This document shows, piece by piece, positions 56,165-64,000 of a DNA stretch of 64,000 nucleotides. This DNA is from an uncultured Gemmatimonadales bacterium (lineage in GTDB: Bacteria > Gemmatimonadota > Gemmatimonadetes > Gemmatimonadales > Gemmatimonadaceae). The notes under the pieces are model-generated. The model worked only from the letters and a program-made list of their open reading frames with translations, did no database searches and was not told where the DNA came from. Location: assembly GCA_963707505.1 (NCBI GenBank), contig CAVPQB010000002.1:96001-160000 (forward strand), read 5' to 3'. Position 1 is the stretch's first letter. Each line of letters begins with the position of its first letter. A program made the position numbers and the translations under genes.

Positions 56165-57285
56165 ATGAACAGACACTTCGACGACGCTCCGATCATGGCT
56201 CGACACAGCATTGAACCGCATCGTCCCGATGACGATGGTGATGAATTGAGCAACGATACCGGCTCCTCGTTCTGGCGCAGGTTGTTCGTATCGGGCGGGG
56301 CGCTACTCGGCGCTGCGGCAGCTTATAACGCCTACGCCAAGCGCGGCGTCGACAGGATTCCGAATTTCATAGGTGGCGAGGAAGGCGGCTGGAGCTGGCG
56401 CGGCCGGCGGATATCGTTCACCAAGCGGGGCGAGGGGCCCGGCGCTGCTCCTGATCCATGGAATTCACGCGGCGGCATGGTCGTACGAGTGGCGCCACAA
56501 TGTCGATTACCTCGCCCGCGATCACACGGTCTACACGATCGACCTGCTCGGCTTCGGCCGGTCCGACCGGCCCGCGATCCGGTACACGCTCGCGCACGTA
56601 CATCGCTCTCATATCCGACTTTGTCGCGCAGGTCATTGGCGGACCCTGCATCCTCGTAGCGAATTCGCTCAGCGCCGGCCTACGCGATTATACTGGGAGC
56701 GCGTGATCCGCATCGTTTCCCTGCACTGGCGCTGATCCAGCCGACCGGACTGACGCGTCTCAACGATGCGCCCGGTGTCGGCGGCGACGCGGGGCGCATC
56801 GCGATCGATGCACCGGTGGTGGGAACTGCTGCGTTCAACGCCCTCGTGTCGCGGCGCGAGCTGCGGCATTTTCTGGAAGAGGCCTACGCCGACAACACGC
56901 TCGTGACCGACGAGCTGGTCGCACCAGCTACGACGTCTCGCATCAGCGCGGGGCGCGACATGCGCCGGCGGCGTTCATCGCCGGCCATCTCAACATCGAC
57001 GTGCGGCGCGCGCTCCGACGACTACATCAGCCGGCGCTGTTATTTTGGGGCGAGGAGGCGCAGATCGCGCCTGTCGAAGAGATCCGCGGCTTCCGATCGC
57101 TCAAGCCGGACTTCGACGTCCACATCCTCTCGCCAGCCGGCGATCTACCGCAGGACGAGCGTCCAGACGATTTTAACGTTATCCTATCCACATGGCTGAA
57201 TCGCCGGTTGCCCTCCTCCGCGCCCACGCACGACACGCTCCCTGGAATGCCAGAGGCCTCGCCGCTCACGCCGCCAGTCTTGTAG
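56165..57285 (+). CDS. Alpha/beta fold hydrolase, multiple frameshifts
   Basis: Fragments LLLIHGIH, DLLGFGRSDRP, VANSLS, LFWGEE, PQDERP are spread over several frames. Confidence 0.7.
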
Positions 57286-57740
57286 ACTCGGCGGGCATTC
57301 GTCCGACGAACGCGTCGGCGCGCGCAGCGCCGTCCGCGCGATCGGTTCGGTTCTACGTTTCCGCAGGATCTGATCGATCGGCCGGAAGGTACCGGCACGG
57401 CGGCGACGTATCATTATCGGCACCTGCTTCAGCTGCTCGACGGTCAAGATCCGGCAGCGCGAAGGGCAATCGCTCGATGCGATCAAGAAGGAAGTGCTGC
57501 ACACTCACCGGCGACGTGCTGGAGAAGCGCGTGGCGGGATCGCTCGAGCCCGCACTCGTCGTTCGCGCTGACGAAGTGGCGCTGCAGGGCGACGAGCCGG
57601 CCACGTGGCGCCGAGTGCTGGTCGCGGACGGAATCGAGCTGCACGTGCGCGAGGATTCCGGCGTTGCGCGCGACGATGTCGTGATGGCGATGCGCGAAGC
57701 AGTGCGCGCTGCGATCGGAAGGAACGGGCGCGCGTCGTAG
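57192..57740 (+). CDS. MerR-type HTH protein (internal compensating frameshifts)
   Basis: RSVRFYV is followed in other frames by DLIDRPEGTGTAATYHYRHLLQLL and KIRQREGQSLDAIKKE, then returns to the original frame. Confidence 0.6.
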   Translation: MAESPVALLRAHARHAPWNARGLAAHAASLVDSAGIRPTNASARAAPSARSVRFYVSAGSDRSAGRYRHGGDVSLSAPASAARRSRSGSAKGNRSMRSRRKCCTLTGDVLEKRVAGSLEPALVVRADEVALQGDEPATWRRVLVADGIELHVREDSGVARDDVVMAMREAVRAAIGRNGRAS

Positions 57741-57885
57741 GCGCGGAGACGACCACCAGGACGGAGTGCGGAGAGTGCCGTGGGACGGAGTGGCACGGAG
57801 CGGGGACATCGGAGTCGGGACGGAGTGGGGACGTGGAGTACGATGGCGTTCGTGAGTGTGATGACGGCAAGCGGGAGTAATGATG

Positions 57886-58851
57886 TTACGGCGCGTTCGA
57901 CCAGCTCCACCTTCTCCTCCCGATTCCACACCGTAACGATGAAACCAATCAGGATTACTCGCGCCGCCCACCAGCGTCGTCCATTTTGGAATCTCGTGAA
58001 TACCCGGGTAGATAGCGCCGCAGAGTATCGTTGCGCCCACCGGCTCGCCGAGCATCGTGAGATTGACGATGTAAGCAGGGAGGTGCTCCAGGGCCCAGTT
58101 CATTCCCGTATGACCGAGCAGCATTCGGCCCGAGTGCGAGCGCGACGAATATCATGAGATCGCGCGGTGGTTGAGGCGCGACGTGTATTCCTGAAACAGC
58201 AGCTATGCACAGCAGTGTGACGAGCGCAGCGCTGTACACCAGCGCAACGTAGGACCATGCGCCCAGCCGCGAGCGCAATCTGCGTCCAACAACCATGTAC
58301 AGCGCGGCTGCAAGCGCGGCGCCTACGGAGAGCGCGTTCCCCAGCAGCGGATTCGGTGTTGCAACCGTCGCGGCGCCATTCATGAAATCCGGCACGGTTA
58401 TCGAGATAGCGCCGAGCGTAGCGATGGTCAGTCCGATAATCTGCCGCCGGCTCGGCGCTTCGTGCGCGATGAAGATCGACAGTATCGCGACGAAGCCAGG
58501 CTGAAGACTCGTCACGAGAGTAGTCGACGCCGCGATCGTCGTGAGATGAAGCGATGCATTCCAGGACCAGAAGTGCAGCGCCAGCACCGCGCCTGCGCCG
58601 ACGGCGAGGAACCATTCAAAGCGCTTGAGCTGTGCGAACTGTCTCCACTCGCCGGTCGCCGCAAGCAGCGCGCCGATCACGATCAGCGAGAACGCGATGC
58701 GTCCAATGGCGATCGCCAACGGATCTGCGGAGGACAGTCGCGTTAGCGGTCCGGCGAAGGAAATACCGAGAAGCGATGCGCCAAGTACCCAGCCGGGCGC
58801 GATTCGCGGTCCGGCACGCTCGGCGATCGTGTCGTTAGTCGGGTGACCCAT
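57886..58851 (-). CDS. EamA/DMT transporter, frameshifted
   Basis: ALHFWSW...SL, then GHTGMNWAL...LGEPVGA in a shifted frame. Confidence 0.78.
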
Positions 58852-60986
58852 GCGCCAAGATAACAGCACACGGGTCGGTCGCGCTCGACGATACGCCAAA
58901 GAGATAGCGATCGAACCACGCCATGTCCTCTTCCACCTTCCGGCGTTGATGAACGTACTTGCTCGGACTGTGCGCCTCGCCGGGGAAGATGATGTAGCGC
59001 ACCGGAACCTTGCCAAGCTGCTGAAGGGTTCGGAAGTACGTCCATCCCTGGCCCGGCGGGACTTGCGTGTCTTCGGTGCCCTGGTAGATGATCGTCGGCG
59101 TGCGGACGTTCTGGAACCTGAACACCGGCGACTTCTTCACGTACAACTCGGGGTTGTCCCACGGGCTCGAGCCAAAATAATAGTTGTCGTAAGACGCGCC
59201 GAAATGAACGTTGCCCCAATCGCTGAACCACTCGACGTCGCCGGACGCTGCCGACGCGGCCTTGAATCGTTGGTCTATCGTGGTGAGCTGCGCGGTTAGA
59301 ATGGCGCCGTAGCTGTGGCCCATGGTGCCCAGCTTTGCGGTATCGGCAAGTCCGCGTGCGACGACGTACGCGACACCGCGTTCCAGATCCGGAGTCTCGA
59401 GATCGTAGATGTTGCCGCAACAGATCGACTCGACCCAGTGGAGGCCGTAGCGACTGCTGCCGTGGTAATTCACCTGAAGGGTGAACGCACCTTTCTGATT
59501 GAACAGAAGACGAGGATATGACCATGTCTGCTTCCATTCATCGAGATCAGCGAGCGCGGGGCCGCCGTGTATCGTGAGAATCAGCGGATATCGCCTGCCA
59601 GGAGTGTACTGGAGAGGATAGGTGAGGATACCTTCGACCTGTTCGTCGCGCGCACCCTTCCAGTGGACGATCTCGACCCTGGGCTGCGGCTTGTCGCGGA
59701 ATGACGGATTGAGGTTGGTAAGCTGAGTATCCGCTGTGATGTTTGCCCCATCGAGTGTGGCGCCATACAACTGCGGCGGCACATTGGCGCGTGTGTATCT
59801 GTACACGAGTGTGCGCGCGTCGGGCGAGACATCGATATCGAATGCGTTTGCCGCATGCGATCCTGAAATCAGGGCTCGCGTCCATGTAGCGCTGGTGCCG
59901 GTGCCGTGTCTGACGTACCGCGCTGGCTGCACGAAGACCCCATTACCTAGATTCGCCACCACCCCATCGGGAGTCGCGCGCAGACCACCAGCCACCCCGC
60001 GCGGCCACGAGTGGTCCACGGCAACAGTCTTGCCGCTGGCCACGTCGTAGTAGTCGAGCGTCTCGATGGTCGCGGTGCGATATCGCGGGCTTGTCGTTGT
60101 GTCATTCGTGAAGTAGAAGCCGGCGCCGTCCGGCGCCCACGTGACATTGTATGGAATGGTGCGCTTGCCGTCGAAGATCACGCGGCTTTCGCCGGTGCGC
60201 AGATTCGTCAATCTGGTTATCGACGGAATCTTCTGATCGTAACCTGCTGAGAGCGATCGCTCGTGAACGGTTATCGCAGTCGAACCGTCGGGCGAGATGG
60301 TAAAGTCCTCGATCCAGTCCTTGTTATCAGTAAGCTGATGGATCTGCTGTGTTGCGACGGCGAGTGAGAAAAGGCGCACAGGCGATTCATGAACTGAATC
60401 ATCGACTACCCGTGAATCATCCTTTCGGTCGCGCATCAGGCGCTGGTATGCGGACGGCGCTTCGGCTGCCGCGAATACCATGGTATCACGTGCAGTCCAG
60501 ACGTAGTCGTCGATGCCGTTCTCCAGCTTCGTTACCGGCCACGGCTCGCCCCCGCGCACATCGATGATCCACAACTGAGTCGATGCTGCGTGCGAATCGG
60601 CGAATCCGTTCGGCAGCGGCCGCGAGCTCAAGAACGATATCCGCGTTCCGTCGGGCGACCAGTGCAGTGACGATACGGAATAATCACCGCGCGTGAGCTG
60701 AAGTACCGTGCCACCATGTGTAGGTGCCACGTAGACGTTTGCCGCAGCGCGACCTGACACAGTAGCTCATCGCGGTCTGGATCCACGCCACGTTCTGTCC
60801 GTCTGGCGAGATGCGAAAGCTGCGCGCATCCTGCGACAGGAGCAGATCATCGGCGGTCCAGACACGTGGATCAACGTTCGCGCACCTTGCTCGTGTCGAG
60901 TCGGTCTCTTGCGCTGTGATTGGCTGCGGATGCGCGATGAACAGCGCCGCTGTGGCCATACACAACTTGACAGTTGATTGCGTCAC
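58835..60986 (-). CDS. S9 family peptidase (acylaminoacyl-peptidase-like), frameshift near 60760
   Basis: Signal peptide fragment 60684-60986, WSPDG repeats, IHGGP, GHSYG, GTED, EAH. Confidence 0.87.
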
Positions 60987-61047
60987 CGCCGGTTCCTTGT
61001 CGAATGCATACCGACCAAAATGATACCAACAACTCCTGAATTGCAAA

Positions 61048-61079
61048 CGCGGGGCACGCCCTAATGGACGTGCCCCGCG
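61048..61079 (-). terminator. Hairpin terminator after susD
   Basis: CGCGGGGCACG...CGTGCCCCGCG followed by a short U run on the minus strand. Confidence 0.6.
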
Positions 61080-61096
61080 CTCATACCACTCCCGTT

Positions 61097-62476
61097 TTAG
61101 TAACCAGGATTCTGCGTTATTCCCGGTGCCGTATCGATCTCACGCTGTGGGATCGGGAACAGCGTCATGTTCGCGGGTATGCCGAGAGTCGAGGCCGCGA
61201 CTCCTCGGCGCACGAGATCCGGCCATCTGTCACCTTCGAATGCCAGCTCGAGACGACGCTCCTTGTAGATCGAGTTGAGGACGTCAGCCTGAGTGCGTCC
61301 AGTGCGCGGATCGGGCGCAAGTCCGGCGCGCACACGGGTCTGATTGTACTCGTCCACCGCTTCCGGAAGCTTGTTCATCTGCGCGAGTGCCTCTGCGCGA
61401 ATGAGTATCACTTCACCCAGGCGGATCACATGAACATGCTCCGCGCCGACCGCCGTGGCATATCTGGCAGCGTACACGCGCCTGCCATCGAGACCGATGG
61501 AATACTGACCTCTCGCGTCGGCGGGCGCGTAGGCAGCGATCTTGCCGCCGGATGCGGGATCGAATGCAGAGATGATGCTCGCCGTCGGTGCCACCTCATA
61601 CCTACCGCCGAGGTTCTTCGTGAGGTAGTAGTAGCCAACCTCGTTGTACTGAGCGGGTGTGAAGAGCACACGGAAGATGTCTTCCGACGTGGATGTACCG
61701 GTCGCCGTGAACAGGTCTGCGAATGTCGGTGTGAGCGTGTAGCCCATTCCCTCCACCTTCGCCGCAGCTGCTTCTGCGCCGACCCAATCACCCATGTACA
61801 GTCTGACGCGAGCATCGATCGCATACGCAGCACCGAGCGATGCCTGGGTGGTCTGATTGGTATTGGTGATCAGGGTCTCTGCCTTGCCGAGATCGGCCAG
61901 TATCTGCTTGTACACGTCCGTCGGCGTCGAGCGCGTAATCTGTGCTGCCTGTGTGACCGACGTGACCGGTTCGAGGCGAAGTGGAACACCCCCCCACAGA
62001 CGGACGAGGTTGTGGTAATCGAGTGCGCGCAGGAAATACGCCTCGCCCAGGATCTCGTTCTTGTCGCCGCTGGCCATACCGGTGACGTTCGGGACCTTTG
62101 TTATGATCTCGTTCACCCGATTTACATCGTCGTAGATCGCGTTCCACATCGTCGTGACTTCGGCGTTGTCCGCCGTCATCTTGTTCGCGTCACCGTCCGC
62201 GTACGCTGTGAGCGTACCGGTTGCGGTACCGTTGTCGGACACGACTTCCGGGAAGTCGACGTACGACTCGCCGTAGTACGACAGGCTCTGGAGCCCGGCG
62301 TACGCGCCGTTCATCGCCGAGTGCGCGCCAGCAGCATCCGCGATGGCGGTTGCCTCCGGGACTGTGCTGTGTGGTGTCACGTCCAGTATCGAGCTGCATC
62401 CCGCGACCGCGAGCGGGAGCGCCATGAGCAGTAATCTGGGTCGCATCAGTGAATTGGCTCGTGATTGATTTCGCAT
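61097..62476 (-). CDS. RagB/SusD nutrient-binding lipoprotein
   Basis: Lipobox VAG-C, GEAYFLRA, RLWGGVP, ERRLELAFEGDRW, QNPGY. Confidence 0.92.
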   Translation of the reverse strand: MRNQSRANSLMRPRLLLMALPLAVAGCSSILDVTPHSTVPEATAIADAAGAHSAMNGAYAGLQSLSYYGESYVDFPEVVSDNGTATGTLTAYADGDANKMTADNAEVTTMWNAIYDDVNRVNEIITKVPNVTGMASGDKNEILGEAYFLRALDYHNLVRLWGGVPLRLEPVTSVTQAAQITRSTPTDVYKQILADLGKAETLITNTNQTTQASLGAAYAIDARVRLYMGDWVGAEAAAAKVEGMGYTLTPTFADLFTATGTSTSEDIFRVLFTPAQYNEVGYYYLTKNLGGRYEVAPTASIISAFDPASGGKIAAYAPADARGQYSIGLDGRRVYAARYATAVGAEHVHVIRLGEVILIRAEALAQMNKLPEAVDEYNQTRVRAGLAPDPRTGRTQADVLNSIYKERRLELAFEGDRWPDLVRRGVAASTLGIPANMTLFPIPQREIDTAPGITQNPGY

Positions 62477-62490
62477 GTCAGGCCTCATTT

Positions 62491-64000
62491 TTACCACTCG
62501 CTCGAAATGCCGACCGAGTAGGTGCGGGCAAGTGGATAGGCATAAAAGTCGGTTCCGAGCCCGATGCTCGATTTTGATCCGTTGCTGTTGACGTCGGGGT
62601 TGTAGCCCCTGTAGCCGGTGAACGTGGCCAGGTTGTGGCCAGACACGTACAGTCGAGTGTTGTGGAGACCACCAAGCCACGACACCGATCCCGGAAGCCG
62701 GTAACCAACCGTTATCTCCTGAAGACGCGTGTACGAACCGGACTCGAGCATGCGCGTCGAAACAGTGCGCGCACCGGAAACTCCGTCGAAGCTCGCGCGT
62801 GGCTCGCTCGTGATGTCGCCGGGCTTCTGCCAACGGTTCAATACGTAGTCCAGCTTGTTGTCGTACGCATATCCGCCATCGTCCGCGAACAGACGCATCG
62901 CGTTGAAGATCTTGTTGCCACCGCTGAACTGGAGGAAGCCGCGGAGGTCGAAATTCTTCCACGTAAACGAGTTGGTGAAGCCACCCCAGTAGGTCGGCGA
63001 AGCATTGCCGGCCACGATACGATCAGCGGCGGTGACGGAGCCGTCACCGTTGGTGTCCTGGTAAACCGCGTCGCCAGTCTTCGGATCGACGCCCGTGAAC
63101 TTCTGAAGGTAGAACGCACCAAGTGGCGCGCCGACGATCACAGCGTTCACGCTACGAACTCCGCCGAACAGCGGCTGGTTGCCGTACAACGCCGTGACCA
63201 CGTTCTTGTTGGTCGAGAACGAGAAGTCCGTGCTCCAGGAAAGATCCCCCGGATTCTTCGCTACGAGATTTTGCGTGGTAAGCTGCCATTCCATGCCGGT
63301 GTTCTTAACGTCACCAACATTGTCGAAGAACTGCGTGAAGCCGCTCGTGCCCGTGATGGGACGGTTCACCAACAGGTTCGTCGTCTTCTTGCTGTAGTAA
63401 TCTCCAATGAGCGCGATACGCCCGCTGAACATGTTCCAGTCGAATCCGAAGTCGGTTTCCTTGGTCTGCTCCCACTTCAGATCCGGGTTCGCAAAATTGT
63501 TCGGCGAGATTCCAGGTGCCGTGCCATAGTTCGCCGCGCCGAACGTCGCCAGGTAGGCGTAGTTGCTGATGCCCTGATTTCCGGTCACGCCGAAGCTGCC
63601 GCGCAACTTGATTGAGCCGAGGCGCGTGAGGGCGTGGAAGAACGGCTCGTTCGTGATTACCCACCCGGCAGAGATCGCCGGGAACGTGCCGTACTTGTTG
63701 TTCTGACCGAATCGCGATGATCCATCCTTGCGCAGACTCGCGGTGAGCAGGTAGCGATCCAGGAAGGAGAAGTTGGCGCGCGAGAAGTACGACACCAGAT
63801 TGTTCTGGCTGCGGCTCGCGTCGTAACTCGTTATGCTCGCCGCGCTTCCCGCATCGTGCAACTCCGGACTGCTGAACTGCTCGCCACGCAGGAAGTTGAG
63901 CTCGTCGTTGTTGCGCTCCGTGCTGGCGCCGGCGGTCAGCGTGTAGTTGCTGTTTGCGCCGATCCTGCCGTTGTACGTAAGGAATCCTTCTCCCAGAAAA
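62491..64000 (-). CDS. SusC/RagA TonB-dependent transporter (5' partial)
   Basis: RKDGSSRFG, NPDLKWE, YPLARTY. Frame is open to the window edge. Confidence 0.92.
   Translation of the reverse strand, partial: FLGEGFLTYNGRIGANSNYTLTAGASTERNNDELNFLRGEQFSSPELHDAGSAASITSYDASRSQNNLVSYFSRANFSFLDRYLLTASLRKDGSSRFGQNNKYGTFPAISAGWVITNEPFFHALTRLGSIKLRGSFGVTGNQGISNYAYLATFGAANYGTAPGISPNNFANPDLKWEQTKETDFGFDWNMFSGRIALIGDYYSKKTTNLLVNRPITGTSGFTQFFDNVGDVKNTGMEWQLTTQNLVAKNPGDLSWSTDFSFSTNKNVVTALYGNQPLFGGVRSVNAVIVGAPLGAFYLQKFTGVDPKTGDAVYQDTNGDGSVTAADRIVAGNASPTYWGGFTNSFTWKNFDLRGFLQFSGGNKIFNAMRLFADDGGYAYDNKLDYVLNRWQKPGDITSEPRASFDGVSGARTVSTRMLESGSYTRLQEITVGYRLPGSVSWLGGLHNTRLYVSGHNLATFTGYRGYNPDVNSNGSKSSIGLGTDFYAYPLARTYSVGISSEW

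Noticed and set aside
61064..62434. 456-aa plus-strand ORF
   Set aside because: It is the antisense shadow of susD, as expected in high-GC coding DNA. The same applies to other long antisense ORFs such as 36073-36906 and 62635-63615.

Overview
A GC-rich bacterial window. The gene content (SusC/SusD, MqnD futalosine pathway, AraC type, GSI plus GSIII) suggests Gemmatimonadota or a related FCB lineage; this is inference. Positions ~1-16.2 kb are a visibly more AT-rich accessory/defence island, bounded on the right by a 3' tRNA-Pro fragment (att-like scar) and tRNA-Cys. The island carries an S9 peptidase, an AraC regulator, a Clp-N protein, a decayed lanC, a DUF4209/HEPN-like gene, a secreted gluzincin, a complete type II CBASS (cap4-cdnD-cap2-cap3, resembling the Enterobacter cloacae CdnD/Cap4 system) and a class II Fic protein with an extra C-terminal domain. 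The rest is mostly core-like: two-component genes, an MfpA-like pentapeptide protein, a copper-uptake operon (DUF2946-like leader, TonB receptor, CopCD, YcnI), an ECF sigma/anti-sigma pair, divergent glnA and GSIII genes, clpP, mqnD and SusCD. It also holds several less usual items: a low-GC lipoprotein plus 4-TM pair (toxin/immunity-like), a SWIM gene with a perfect SOS-box-like palindrome, a REPIN-like 29-bp palindrome, and a charge-bipolar protein with an AT-hook and a histone-H1-like tail. Many genes between ~44.7 and 61 kb are broken by small indels, probably assembly errors. All family assignments come from recognising motifs by eye; no database search was run.
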